A stretch of DNA of 64,000 nt from Eledone cirrhosa (GCA_964016885.1 OZ024745.1:24986001-25050000); one strand, 5' to 3'; shown: positions 23,302 to 37,685, counted from the first letter of the stretch. Made by a program: numbers and translations. The notes: generated by a model from the sequence alone, not told the origin.

Positions 23302-25794
23302 GTGAAGATTCATTAGAATTTCTTTAAAGCTCTAATTTTAGACACAGTTATGCATGAAAGATGTAGTTTCTTTATTATTATTGTTTCTTTCTTTCTTCCT
23401 TTTTTACTGTTCTCATTTGCACATAGGATGCTGTGCAGTTTCTACGTTGCCCTTGTGTACGTGTGTCATATATATATATATATATATAACAACAACGAAT
23501 ATAATATATATTTATATATATATTTGTATTCGTTCTCGGCTTGCTATATATGGGAATATATATACGTTTTTGTTTTTTTAATATATATATATATACAAAT
23601 TCATTTAAGAACATATATCATAACTTTTGATTTTGCAAAGTAGAACATATATAATTTTTTTTTATTTGTTGAGAATACAACAGAAGTTACTCAAGGGCCT
23701 AGAGTTTCGTTCTGTGCTTTGGCACGAAACTCTAGGCCCTTGAGTTTCAACATTTTTCGTCTCGCGTCACTCTGGGTATTTAAATGTTACGACACAATAT
23801 TTTAAAAAGTTTTATTATATATATATACAAAATATATTAAAATGGTTTTAAAACAGGGGTGGACGTACACATAGTCTTGTTGCAAATGAATGCATGCACC
23901 GGTACCGTGCATTAAAAACACTCAAGTTTTCAAAATATCTTCGCAGTTTCCAACTTTTGAAAGACTCCCAATTCACTTGCGGGCGGACAAACAGACTATC
24001 TACAGTGTAACTCCTGTGATATTCAGTTATTGACTCAGACGCACATATACTCAAAAAAATAAATGTTGGGGATGTGTTATGTATATTTGGGGTGGTGTAT
24101 CTGCATATGTATGTGTTTATTTGAGTGTGTTACACATGCATGTATATCCATATATACGAGTGCGTCTGTATATTTATGCGTGTGTTTATTCGTAAGCAAT
24201 ATACGTTAATGTATATTTACATGTGTTTGCGTGGTGTGTTGCAATACTGTCTGTGTGTGTTCTTGTTTAAATGTAGAGGGCATTGGTCATTTGACTTGTT
24301 TTTTTTTAACTGGTTCGGAGCCAACTTGACATTTCGTGGGTGTTTGTTAATGCGTTGTAAAGTATGCTTATATATATGTGTGTATTGGGGTTTATGTGCG
24401 TACAAACACTCACATATTTTATGCCTGTAGCATTGTAAGTCTGGAGGAAGGAAACTTTACGTGATAACAGGTTCTACTACAAATAGCATCCAAAATATAC
24501 CTCACATTACATCCCACAGGCTTAAAAAAGATATAGTTTTAGTTCCCTCGAAACATAGGTGATAGTTACGGTTAGAATGCCTCTGATCTACTCGATCAGG
24601 GTTGACTCGGAGCTAACAACTCAATTTACACACGTATACATCGTAAAAACATACACACCTACATACATCATCATCAACTTTTTTAATGTCTGTTATTCCA
24701 TGTTGCCACGCGTCAGAAGTGTTCGCCATACAACATATCACCCCTCAACTTCATATTTTTGTCATTTCATCTGTGAACTCCAACATCGTGAGGTCAATTC
24801 ACACCCTTTCTTTTGCTCTCTCTTCTACCACAAACATATTCTCCATTCTTATCACATGTCTGTACCAGAGCAGTGATCTTTCTCGTGTACATTCACAGCT
24901 ATCTTTCATACCCACCCATGCTGCTTTCTCAGTTCACTTGTGCTATGTATGTCATACAGATTAGTGGGGTTGTATTTATTGCAGATCACTCCAGCCTTCA
25001 CAGATCTACATTCAATATCCACCATCTTTCATAAGGACTGTCTTTTGCCCAAGTACACACACAGAAACACTTGTTGCCAACATGATCAATGGCTCCTTAA
25101 ACTTGTTGGAAACGTTCTTTACTTCAGCAACAGTAACTATAGTTTTACTACATGCAATACTAATTAGATCACCTAAGAAATAGAAACTATAAATTATGAG
25201 CAGAAAGTCAACTGTGGACTTCATTGTACACCGAGCTCGAGAAAAGATGCAGTGGATAATATGTTCTTAGATATTTTTTTTTAAATTCAATGTACAGCTC
25301 AGACCTATGCAGATTCAGCTGACTTCCAGTGAGGCTGTATTTCATAGGAGGTTTCTCAGGTGTTTCAATGATATGAGCCCTAGTCTTATCATGAAAGGCA
25401 ATATGAAATAAAACAAGTCTACGAATTGAACCCACAACCATATGACCCTGTAACCATTAGGTCCTGATACATATAAAAATGGTATGGTGACCATTGGAGT
25501 ACCTTTTATCATAGGGTTCTCATGAATAAGGGATAATTGAGAGCTAAGCAACTACTACAATTGTACATCTCTCATGTTATCGGGTTCCTACATAATCCCT
25601 GCTTACATATTGAGCAAATTCACATCTTACAAGGAACTATATCTCAGAAAAAAAAAACAGTATGGACAGAGCTGAAATGCCTTTTGATTATAGTTGACCT
25701 GCAGCTAAACAAAAACATCCAACATCTCTGGCCATTCTGCACCATATTCAAAGAGTTAGTCTCTTATTTCACTCACAGTACTCTGTCTAAAGAG

Positions 25795-26058
25795 CCAGAG
25801 GCTCACCTGGCCAGTGCTTATCCTGATTTCTGTGGCATTAAGCGACTGAGAGTACAAAACTCCTCCCTGGACAGAATGCCAGCCCGTCACAGGGTTAAAT
25901 CTCCAGTTATTACTGGTACTCATTTTCAGATGAATATACTGGAGCAATGTAAAATGGAATGTTTTGTTCAAGAATACAACACACAACCCAGTTCAGGAAT
26001 TGAACCCATGACATTATGATCGTAAGTCCAACACCCTTACCACTAGGCCACATGCCTC
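25795..26058 (-). mobile_element. tRNA-derived CORE-like SINE
   Basis: Minus strand: tggcctagtggtaagg A-box, ggttcaattcc B-box, then tgtattcttgaacaaaaca core; other copies at 40315-40515(-), 56084-56275(+), 62409-62665(+) and 63339-63481(+). Confidence 0.8.
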
Positions 26059-27645
26059 CACTTACAGTACTCTGTCTCATACTTATATTAATGACTTCAG
26101 AATGTGGAATGGCAACAGAACTTGAAAGGATATAAGGACATAAAGCCCCCCCCCCCCCTTCCCATTGGTCACTAATGATCATGGGATTCCCACTTTGAAT
26201 GTTTCCCTCTGAAGCCTGGAGAAGGTTTTTTTGTGGAAGACCAGCACTCTCCACACCACCGATGTTGTCCAAGGGAAAGGCAATGGTACCAGTGACATTT
26301 GCAAGTCATTTCTACATCTGAGTAAATAAAGTGTCTTGCTGAAGGACACAATACATCATCCAGTCTAAGAATTGAACTCACAACCTCTCAATTGCAAGCC
26401 CAATGCTTTAACCACTAAGTCTTGTGTCATATATAATGACATACCACACTGTATATTGCCTAACATTCCACTAATTTTGCCATTCAGCCACCAATACACA
26501 CACACACACACATATATCATCATCATTACCATTTAACATCTATTTTCCATGCTTGCATGGGTTAAACAGGCTGTCACATATGTCCAGACATGTTGGGTGA
26601 CTGTCTTGCACATATGCTCCATTTTTGGCTTGTTTTTATTTTTATGGCTGGATATCATTCCTTATGCCAACCACCATACAGAGTGGATGGCTGCTTTTTG
26701 TCATGGCACCTGTATGAGCACCTTTTAGGGCGGACTAGGGGCTTTTTATTTCATAGCACCAGCGCTATACCTTACAGGATGAACTGGGTGCTTTTTTCGT
26801 GGCACCAGCACGAACACCTTACTGGTGTTTTTTGCATTGGCACCAATATCTTACAAAGTAAACTGGGTATTTTTTTGTTGTGGCACTAGCATAGTCCTCT
26901 TACAAGTTGGACTGAGTGTGTTTTATCATGTATAGTGAGAGAGCATGCATTAGGTTACATGTTGCTTGTTATTGCTGGGTGATCATCTCACTGTGGGAGA
27001 GCAATTGGCATGTCATGGGGGAGGGCGGTAGGGGGGGGGGGGGGGGCTTGATGAGAGAGTTGCATTTGTCAATATGTTGTGGAATGTGTATTGTTCTCTA
27101 TACATGCATGGGATGGACAGGACAGGTGCACTGGGCATGCAAGAGGAGTGCTTACATAATCATCATTAAATGCTGAGAAAGGACTTCTACAGGACTAGAA
27201 CTTTATCTAACAAGGCTCACACAGTTTCCATCCATCAAATTTTACTCAAGCATATGAGGGAGCCTCTGTGTGGTCACTTGACCTGCCAGAATAGCAACCA
27301 AACCTCCCTTAAATCACACCCACCGTCTTAAAAAAAAAGGACTCATTGGATAATGTAGTCTTAGATACATTATGTCTAAACTGAAGACAAGTCGTTATGA
27401 GTGATATGTCTTTGATCATGGGGTTAAACAACAGTTAAATTTCATTCTTATTGGTTCAGTTGAGTGAAGGTTATGATAGAAGTTACCTGTCCAAGGTGCC
27501 ATGCAGTAGGATTGTACCCAGAATCACATGATTGTGAACCGCATAGTTAAATAAATACAACCTTTTCCATAAGGTACAAGGCCAAATTTTAAAGATGCAA
27601 GGAGAGTTTGTAGTCAATTCAAAGAACTGACCACAGTATATAACT

Positions 27646-27840
27646 TACCATATATACTCGAATGTGTCAACCCCACCCCTATTTTATGTTTGAGAAATGG
27701 ACACATATCTAAACCGCAATTTATAAGCTGAGGCAGCTAATAAACACATTGTTTAGATGGCGAATATAAACTGACCCATCTATTTTACCCTTGATTTTTT
27801 GGTCACATATTCCTCTGCTTATATTCAAGTATATACAGTA
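27646..27840. mobile_element. Tc2/pogo-like MITE
   Basis: TA-flanked TIRs ccatatatactcgaat / attcaagtatatacag; relatives at 34733-34925 and 49750-49951. Confidence 0.75.
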
Positions 27841-27863
27841 ACTTTTATTTATTGTTATTATTA

Positions 27864-28082
27864 GGGTGGTGGATTGGCTGATTCTGTAGAGCATCGGACA
27901 CCATGCTTTATGGCATAGAGTTATGGCCCTTTACGTTCTGGGTTCAAATCCCATCGTGATTAGCTTTGCCTTTCATCCTTACAGAGTCGATAAATAAAGC
28001 ACCAGTAATGTACTGGAGTCGATTTAATTGACTTACTCTTCCCCAAAAATTGTTGGCTTCATGCCTGAATCAGAAACCATTA
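27864..28082 (+). mobile_element. tRNA-derived SINE family 2
   Basis: ggtggattggc A-box, ggttcaaatccc B-box, gcctttcatcc...gtcgataaa...accag body; + copies also at 50225-50396 and 59101-59312. Confidence 0.8.
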
Positions 28083-28377
28083 TTTTATAGATTACGGATT
28101 GGTGGAATCATTAGTATGTAAGAAATAGCTCAGCAGTATTTGTTAAATTTTTTTTACGTTCTGAATTCAAATTCCTTCAGTCAAATACTTGTTTTACAAA
28201 ATCGATTTTCCCCTGCTCCTCAAATTACTGACCTGGTGCCTTAATTTAAAACCCATTATAAAGGTGATGTCTAACAATATCAATGACACATCAGACTTAA
28301 TATATTGTATTGAATTTCATCTGCTTACACTGAGTTGAATTCCTGATGGGTCAAGTATGTTATTCTGGAGCTGATAA

Positions 28378-28561
28378 AATAATTGTTTCTACTTTTGGCA
28401 CAAGGCCAGCAATTACCCAGTACATTACTGGTACTTTATTTTATCGACCCCGTAAGGATGAAAGGCAAAGTTAACCTCGGCGGGATTTGAACTCAGACCG
28501 TAAAGGGACGTAACTATGCTGGAAAGCATGGCGTCCGACTCTCTACTGATACTGCCAATCC
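28378..28561 (-). mobile_element. tRNA-derived SINE family 2, young subfamily
   Basis: Near-identical to 41809-41996 and 61820-62010; partial copies at 10268-10381 and 55500-55620. Confidence 0.85.
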
Positions 28562-29502
28562 AATGTATCCATTTGAGTTAGGCTTGATATAATTGACTAT
28601 ATACCTCCTGAAATATTTGTGTGTTTGTTTGTGGCTGTTAGAAATTATTGTTGTTGTTGTAAAAAGGTGTAACTAAATATCCTGTAGTATTTAGTTACAA
28701 TTACCTTTCATCCTACTGTATCTCTGGTATCTAGTTCAGAATAGGTACTCTATATCTCTGGTATTTGGTTCAGAATAGGTACACTATCTCTGCATGTCAT
28801 AAGAGGTGACTAAATGGGTTGGCACCAAAGAGGGTATCTGGTCAACACTACACCTGATATTCTCTCTCCATACACATGCACACATGTATGTATGTGTCTG
28901 TGTGTATATCATGACTCGTATACTGTTCACATTCCTGACATTTATACATTATTCTATGTACTATACATGCACCTTTGATGAGTTGTAGTGCACCTGAGCA
29001 CTGTACACAATTTTCTTTATTATTATTATTATCATAAAACATTGCTTTTCACTTTATTGATTCCCTTTCACGTGTATTATGTAAAGTCTTGCACTACATT
29101 CTACCTATACATTTTTTCAATACACAACTAAAGCCCTCAGAGTTACTACAAATACTGTCCCTCATTCTCTGCTGATTTCATGACACCCTCACATACACAA
29201 CTTTGCCAAAACCTTATCACAAAACCTAGGCTTCCTCTTCACAGGTAGAATATGATTCCTCTGATTCACTGCTGTCATATCTGAGATAGTTCTGCCTCTG
29301 TACACACAAACAGCCTCTTAACTTTTAACATCTTGTAGTAATTTAGCAGAAAATATCTAAAAACAGGATTGTTAATTGAAATGTTTACAGTGTCTTTGTT
29401 AGTGGATAGATCAATGCTGAAATTTGCAGTATTAGAGTAAGGACTTTAATTTTTAATGTGATTAAGTTATAGTGCTGTTTTGTACTTTTCAAGAATATAT
29501 TG

Positions 29503-29991
29503 TTTCTCCCTGCGTACGAAAGGCCGGTTATATGATACCTGTATGAGGAGCGCGATGCTGCATGGTAGTGAGACATGGGCAGCAACTGCAGAGGATATGC
29601 GACGGCTGGAGAGAAATGAGGCAAGCATGCTCCATTGGATGTGCAATGTCAATGTGCGTGAACGACCCAGCAAGAATGTGTTGAGAGAGAAACTGTGTCT
29701 GAGAGGGATAGAATGTAGTGTGCGAGAGAGGAGACTGAATGGTATGGACATGTGATGCGCATGGAGGATGACCGATGGGTGAAGAAGTGCCAGGAAATGC
29801 CAGTTGAAGGAAGACGTGGTAGAGGTAGACCACGAAAAACATGGGCGGAGGTGGTGAGAACAGACCTCAGATCGCTGAAGCTCACGGTGGAGATGACGAA
29901 GGACCGTGACAAGTGGAGAGATGCTGTGCTGAATAAGACCTGTCCCACCCTTGCAAGCAGGGAAAAGCGGACGTAAAATGATGATGATGAT
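29503..29991 (+). mobile_element. RTE family A 3' fragment
   Basis: MLHGSETW...RGRGRPRKTW...REKRT* then (GAT)n. Confidence 0.92.
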
Positions 29992-30362
29992 CTTGCTAAT
30001 GCAGTTTCATGCAGTGCATATTAAGAATTAAACCAAAAATTCCATTTGGCTTGTTGGCAAAGACTAACTCACTAACATACTACAGCCCCTGATCTTCTGA
30101 ACAAACTAGCTGCATATTCTCTCCAACATAGTTAATATTTCTTGCTTTATTTTCTTCATCTTTTAAAAATCCTCTCTCTTCCTCCTCTCTTCAGATTCTG
30201 CAATAAGTACTTCTCCCAATTCATACTCTATCATCCTTAAAAAGGATATTTAATGATGTAGTTTTACAAACAGAATAAAAGACTGCATGGTCATGATTGA
30301 AGCACCTCTAATCATAGGTCTGCTCAATGAGGGCTGACCTAGGGCTCAACAACAACAAACAT

Positions 30363-30684
30363 TGGCATATTTGACGATTTATAAGACGCACCTCAGTTTT
30401 GGCAAATATTTAAAATGAATAAATGAGTTTCAAAATACAAATGTAAGGTGAAGGTATAAAGTTTGTACATCGTATTTTTTTATCATTCTACATTGTAATT
30501 CAAATTGTAATATTTTAGTATATTTTTAAAAAGTGTGGAAATTTAATTTAAAAGCCACTGCAACACTAGAACTCAACTAGTCAGTAATCCAAACTGACCT
30601 TTGACCTTATAAGATGCAGGGGGATTTTCTGGGACATTTTGGGGGGTGGTAAAAGTGTGTTTTATAAACCATCAAATATAGTAT
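30363..30684. mobile_element. Tc1/pogo-like MITE
   Basis: TIRs catatttgacgatttataagacgcac / gtgtgttttataaaccatcaaatatag. Confidence 0.7.
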
Positions 30685-32796
30685 ATATATATATATACAC
30701 ATATATATATTCAGGGTTTTTATCATATTTCCAAGATCAATAAACCACAAAGAAAGAACATACTTTTTTGTTGTTGTTTTTTTTACTTAACTTTTTAATT
30801 TTGTAATTGGCAACTCCTTATACAATGGTGGGCAGACCTTATATTTTAAATAAGAATTTAAAAACAAAAGGAGTTAGTGCTGTATTTTCATCATTGTCAA
30901 CATTGTATTCATGATTTTATATCCACTTTCCATGTTGGCACAATCCAAGTCGGTTCCTATTTGGAGTTACTATCCTTCAAGATAGGTTAAAAAAGCGTGT
31001 TTTATTTATTTGTTCAATTTTTGGCATGGTTTTTACTGGTGGATTCTCATCCTAACACTGACCACTTTACTAAATATACTGCGTACATTTTGTGACACCA
31101 GCACTAAAAAGGTTATGTCCTCTCAACTTTACATTGTTCCCACTTGTTTTTGCCAACTATAGAGTGTACTGGATATATTTTATTGCAGAACCAGCACTAG
31201 TAAGGTTACCTTGAATTTTGCACCGCTTTATAGTTCTCATTACTCATCCCCTGGTTTCTGTTCATTGAAAGCAACATGACCAAGAAAAATAAAAGGAAAG
31301 CAATGACAGAACCCCACCCCCTCCCCTCAGGATGACGGAAGCAAGAATATGGTGGGAATAATAGTGATTGAGTTGAGAGGGAAGTAATTGAAAACAGGCT
31401 GTGCTGGAAGGAGTAATGGAAGCTAAATGTTTGCTGATGAGAGACAACGATTGAGGAATAGTAATAGAGATGAGCAATAGATTGAATAACGAATGACCAT
31501 CAGAGAACAGTTGATGGTAGGGGGTATCAAAATATCAATAGATTTAACCCTTTCATGACCATATTTCTTATGAAATATAGTCTATTTTAATTAATAAAGG
31601 ATTTACTGAAATTATTATTTCATTACTGAGATAGTAACTTAATGTCAGGTTCTTAAAGTGGAAACCTTTAAAATGGGTGGCATTATTTCACATAACCAGA
31701 GCCGGGTTGGTAACTAAAGGACTAGGGCAGTCTCTCAACCATAAACCTGCAGTGGTGGTAGGGAGAAAATTGATGAAAGAGAAAAATAAATATTGACAGG
31801 TCTAATGATATCTCTTGTTAACCCTAACATTTTCCCAAGGTGACATGCAGTGTGATTAAATTTAAAACTACATGGTTAACCACAATGCAACCCCAGCATT
31901 ATGTAAACTATTAGAATTATATATCGAAAGGTAGCAAATTGACAGGGTCATTACAGCATTGCAGTATATGTTCTGGTTCTCTGCAATCTGAATTCAAATC
32001 CTGCTGAAGTCATACTTTCGTAGTTGATAAATTACCAGTCAAGTACTGAGATTGATTAGTTTCTCTCTTCCTCTCACCCCCCCCTCCTCCCCCACCCCGC
32101 TCTCTGAATTGACTGTATTGTACTATGAGTTAAGAATGTGTGATTGCTCATTACAGCATTAATTTCTCCACAAATGGAGAAAAGTTGAACAGGAGGCTTA
32201 CAAACTTTTCTCAGAAAATAATCTCCCAGTACACTCTGTAAAGAGCATCCAGCTGTAGAAAATCCTCCAAACAAAGGGTTGGGAAGACATGACAGCAACC
32301 ATAGTGTTGTTGCCATGATATGATGCATTCAGTGTTGCACATAATCATATGTCAGGACCCCCAGCCACCCTGGAGGTCGGAGGTTCTACTTGAATACTAA
32401 CCGATCAGTGACAACATGCCCAACCCTTGCTTTGAAGGAAAATGGACATTAAATTATGATGATGATAATTCAATGTTTGTAATATATCAGACATATTTGA
32501 ATTTTATATTTCACAATTTCTACTCAAAGTGTAATGTGTCAACCATTCTTATGGTTTTAACCTTCCTGCTATTATAGACCAACAGATGTTAAGCTGAACA
32601 ATCATATTGATCTGACCGAAGGCCTGCAAAGGTCATGGATGCTGGCTCTCCTCCAAAGACAGACATAAAAATTTCTTAGCTCACTTGCTCACTGATTTTT
32701 ATGCAAAAAAAATCATGATTATATATTTGACTATTTCTCTGAACATGACAAATATAAAGGTATTTTGTATTTTATTGGATCTTATAACGAGATGAC

Positions 32797-32922
32797 TTCC
32801 TCTGACGATTAGTTATGCATCTCCTGGAGCTATACCAAAATCAATATTTAGTAATCGATGATCAATTACTTGGATTGATTTTCAATCCGGTACTAGGAAC
32901 TATGAAATGGCGTTGTAAGGAA
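32797..32922 (+). ncRNA. Type I hammerhead-like motif with very long stem II
   Basis: ttcct-CTGACGA-t-tagtt...aacta-t-GAAA-t-ggcgtt-GTA-aggaa. Confidence 0.55.
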
Positions 32923-33323
32923 ATTTAGTTTTTCCACCTCAAAACATATGGTGTTTCCAAAATATTATGTTTATATATATATTATACCAGCTCTGAGTCG
33001 TAGCTGACCACTAGGCTAAAGTCTCCCAAGTTGGCCACAACTTACTTTCCCTATTTTTCCACGGTTACTCTTTTGCATGTTTATTTCACCTGTGTCTTCC
33101 CACGATAGGACCTGTACACTTTTTTTTCTCCTATTCCTTTCCTATTTTTTCCCCTTTTCCCTTCCCCCTTTCTTCCTCTCTCCTCATCTTTTTCCCCCCT
33201 GTTCTTCCTCCTTTCCCTCACTTTCCTTTTCTCTCTCCTTTTTTTCCCCTTTTTTTTCTCTTTCTCTCTCCTTTTCCACCTGGCCTTTTGATTATAAAAG
33301 GCCTCGGGTGCATCCGAACTACA

Positions 33324-33391
33324 CCGATGTCCTGTAATTCAGCGCCGAAACATTGGATCGGGAAACATTTACAGCTGACGATGGAAACTCC
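33324..33391 (+). ncRNA. Hammerhead-derived motif with rearranged strand order
   Basis: ccgatGTC-ctgtaa ... ccGAAAcattgg ... ttacag-CTGACGA-tgg; 7-bp stem III and 6-bp stem I. Confidence 0.5.
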
Positions 33392-34539
33392 TTTCTCCTC
33401 TTGTTCCGTCCTAACCACCATCCTAAACCTTGTTTTTAGTAACCTCACAGCTCCTTTCGTTTCATATCATTTTATATATATATATGTGTTTCTCTAATGA
33501 TATATGACTATATATATATATATATTTTAATTTTAATTATTATTGATGCTCTGGACAAATGTCCATTGACATTTTCTCTGAGAAACATATTCATCATATA
33601 TATTGTATATGTTATGATACTTTAAATTAGTATATCTGTGTGTGTGTGTGTGTGTGTGTGTGTTATCATAATCTTCCCTGTTAGCAGGGGTTGAACAGAT
33701 CTTCACAGACCAAGTCATTACTCAAGCAGAGCTAGTGACCTCTTAAATGGGCCTGGGCCTATATCTTGTTTACATTCATTCTCACACTCAACTGACTGCC
33801 TTTTATTGTGGCACCAACACTAAGGAGGCCGTCATGTATTTAACACAATTGAAGGGTCCTTCCGACCCTTTGCTTGACAAGCTTTCTACTACCGGATTCC
33901 TTTCCTATCACCAACACTAAGAAGGTATTTGAAACAACTGATGTGTCCTGTCAACTTTCATGGCATGGTTTCTACTGTAGGATGCTTTTCCTATTGCCAA
34001 ACCACCTTAAAGAGTCTACTGGATGTATTTTTCATGGCATCAGCACCACAGAGGTTATTGACTATATAACTCAGAACATATAATAAAGTCATAACTAAAT
34101 ACCTCAAGGTATTTTCTCTGACACTCTATCAATGCTGCCAATACAATTTAAATTCCGACTCTGAAAAAGTCACATTACAACTCTATTAATGGTATTTCCA
34201 TGTTGAAATCATATAGCTAATGAGATATCTCCTGAGCAACAAAAGTCCTTACAAAGTACAAGTATTTGTTTGCCTGGTTGAGCAGCTGTTTCACTGTTTC
34301 AGTATCCACTTATAATGCTGTAGAAAGATAGTAGATTGACAGAAAAGATAAACAACAGATTACATTGTATTTATATTTGCTCTTTACATTCTGAGCTCAT
34401 ATCTTGCCACAGTTAACTTTACCATTCAACCTTCCGAGATCAATAAAATAAAGTACCAATCAAGTTCTGGGGTTGATTTTAATCAACTTTGCCTTCACCC
34501 CCACCCCAAATTTGTTGGCCTTGTGCCTACATTAGAAAT

Positions 34540-34732
34540 GAATGTTGTAGAAACTGTAAGGCAACTTCTGCCTGTGGAAACTATACTGAATGTCATTCAG
34601 TAATTTGTTTTCCTCTAACAGTGTAATTAATTTCTCTGTGATAATGTGTTTTATGACCTTGTTAATATGTGATGTCAAATATAGACATGTCACTTTAACA
34701 TCTGCTTTGCTTTCTCCCTTATTCATAGGACA
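34540..34732 (-). mobile_element. Old CR1-like RT fragment
   Basis: LTSHINKVIKHII...LEENKLLNDIQYSF resembles the LTS..K.E....QYGF RT N-terminal motif. Confidence 0.6.
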
Positions 34733-35254
34733 TAGCATATATTCTCAAATATAAGCTGAGGAATATGTGACCAAAAAATCGATGGTAGAAGATGAGTAAG
34801 CTCATATTCGGGGTTAATGTTTTGACGATTTTCACCAATTTCGAATTCTAAATAAATGTTTGGATTTTTGCCCATTTCTCAGACATGAAATTGTGGGGTC
34901 GGCTTATATTCAAGTATATATGGTATGTCCTCCTTTGGTTTTCTGAAGAGCGTACCATTTCCAAGGAAGCTTTTGAAAAATATCCAAAGTGGTTTTGCTA
35001 GAACCATTTTATGTTTTTTTTAAACTCTGAATGTCCTGTACCACACCAAACTGCATTGGCAAGACATTCTTGAAAAGGTCAAAACAACGCTGTGACTATC
35101 CCATTAAAAATTCAAGTATTTACTTTAGGCTAATGATGCAAATTTTCACAATAATTTGTCCAATAAAGATAATATAAACATGGATTAACAAACCTGTTTT
35201 TAGACGTTTTCAGCTAAATCATCACAGGATGCTAAGAGTTAAAAAACACTGATA

Positions 35255-35354
35255 TACAGAATGTCTCAAAAAATGTATGCACACTTCAACAGCTTTCTAA
35301 TAAATATTGTACAGGTAATCAAAGTGTGTATACATTTTTGGGGTACACTCTATA
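35255..35354. mobile_element. Tc1-like mini MITE
   Basis: TA-flanked TIRs cagaatgtctcaaaaaatgtatgcacactt / aagtgtgtatacatttttggggtacactct. Confidence 0.6.
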
Positions 35355-36504
35355 TATATATCCTCTAGTATTTCAGTACTTCTTTATTTTTTGCTACAAT
35401 AGTCCATCAGGTTATTGGGTTACTACCAAAGCCTCTGTTTTCAAGTAGTGTATCTTAGATAAGTCAGTCCATTAAGACCCATCTCTATCTCTCTCATACT
35501 CACCTGAGAAGTTGAAGTCGGCTCTACAAGCTAGTGAACTGTTTAATTTTATAGTGTTGCAACTGTTTGAATCAAGTAGTTATTCATATCTTGTGGTAAC
35601 TGGGTTTATTTTTTTGTGGGAGGCAAGAGGTTATTAAATGGAGTTGTTTCAGAATTGTCTTTATCATAGACAATGTATTTGTGCATCGACATTACAAACA
35701 GAGGTTGCCTATGCACCTTAATCAGACATTTCATGCAGTTATTGTCAACCAGTCACGATTCCAATGGTAAACACCATATTGCTAGCACCAGATATTAGTT
35801 CTAGATCTGACTTGATCATGCCAATCCCTTTTTTCAACTGACTGCCTTGCTGTTTACACTATCCTGAGAGGGTTCAGGCACTACTGCATTGTGGATAAGT
35901 TCATCCAAACTAAAAGAGGGGCTTTTTGAAGAGGATTTGTTGAAGGAAAGTAATCCAGCAGCAACTACAAACTTCAGGAGTTAGGCACAAAATCCAATGC
36001 ATTAACATGGTGGATTAGATAAAGGCAAAAAGTAATCAAAATCTTCCATCTTGTATAAATTTGTCATTCCCATGGGTCATATCTTGGTCATAAAGAAGGA
36101 CAGTGTGAAAGAAACCCATCAGACAAAATGTTGTACCAAGCTTTAAACTGCCTACCACTTGGATGGTTGTTCAGTATACTATCCACATAACCACCTGCAC
36201 TCTCACCTCTACAGATTTTAGTTACTATTAATCCAGATCTATATTTTTACTAATATCAAAATCTACTATATAAGGACTTCTAATATAGTCACAAGGCCTT
36301 GAATTTGGGAGAGGGTTATAGCCATTTATATTAATCCCCAATACTTGAAGGATGAAAGACAAAGATGACCATGTCACTATTTGAACTCAGAACTTAAAGG
36401 ACCTTAACTAAATACTGCAAAGCAATTTGTTCATTGCGCTAAGGATTCTGCCAACCCATCACCTTAAATCTACTATACAATACTAATAATTCAAATCTAT
36501 ATAC

Positions 36505-36548
<44 letters not shown>

Positions 36549-37685
36549 CAAATATAGGTGTGTGTCATCATCACCATTTAACGTTCATTTTTCAACGCTT
36601 GCAGGGGTTAGACGAGTTGTCCTACTGTGAGACAAGTCAGATCAAATGACCATGTTTCTGACTTGGTTTCTAAGGTTGGATACCCTTCCTAATGTCAATC
36701 ACATTTACTGTGTGGACTGGGTGCTCTTTATCATGGCACCAAGACAACCACTTTGCAGTGTGGACTGGGAGCTTTTTGTTGTGACACCAACACAATAATA
36801 TATATATATCATCATTTTATGTCCATTGTTCCTTGCTTGCGTGGGTTGGACCATGCACAGAAGAGTTGTCAGTAAAGTGAGAGTAGGAAAGGTGTTTAGT
36901 GAGGAATTCAAGGTACAGCTATGAATGCATCAGGGCTCAGTCATCAGCCCACTTCTGTTTATTATAGTTCTCCAGGCCGTAACAGAACTTCTTTATGCCA
37001 ATGATCTGGTTCTTATCGCTGAATCCATGGTAGAACTGGAGAATAGGTTCTGACTGTGGAAACAGAAATTAGAATCAAAAGGGCTGAAAGTGAACTTAGC
37101 AAAATCTAAATTGTTACATACATATACACATGCATAATGTATGTATGTGTATATCATCATCATCATCATCATCATCGTTTAACGTCCATCTTCCACGCTT
37201 GCATGGGTTTGGACAGGAGTTTTCCCACTTGAGGCAAGAGTGGTTGTCTGGCGGGTTTTCTATGGCTGGATGCCCTTCCTAACACCAACCATGTTTACAG
37301 TGTGGACTGGGAGGTTTTTACCGTGTTACCTACACGGCCACAATACAGCGCGGACTGTGTGTTTTTTTTGTTGTGACACCTACACGACCTCATTTGTTTC
37401 GGACTGGATGTTGTGGTACAAACATAACTTTACATTGAAAGGGGTGGTGTGGATGGGATGGGGGTAGTGGGACGGGGGCTGTATTTTTGTTAGAGGTGCC
37501 TACTGACTGTAGTAGGTTTCACTTTGTACTTAGGTAAGGCGGGTCTTCTGTATTATATATGTATATCTATATATATATATATCCCAGCCCTCACTGTAAA
37601 GTGGTTGTATTGGAGATACAGTAAAAAATGTGCCGTCAATGCTGTACAGTGATCATCTTGGTCCCACATTAAAAAGCACCCAGCT

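Noticed and set aside
34940-34990. Hammerhead-like CTGAAGA...GAAA
   Set aside because: Stems I-III do not form in register; likely chance.
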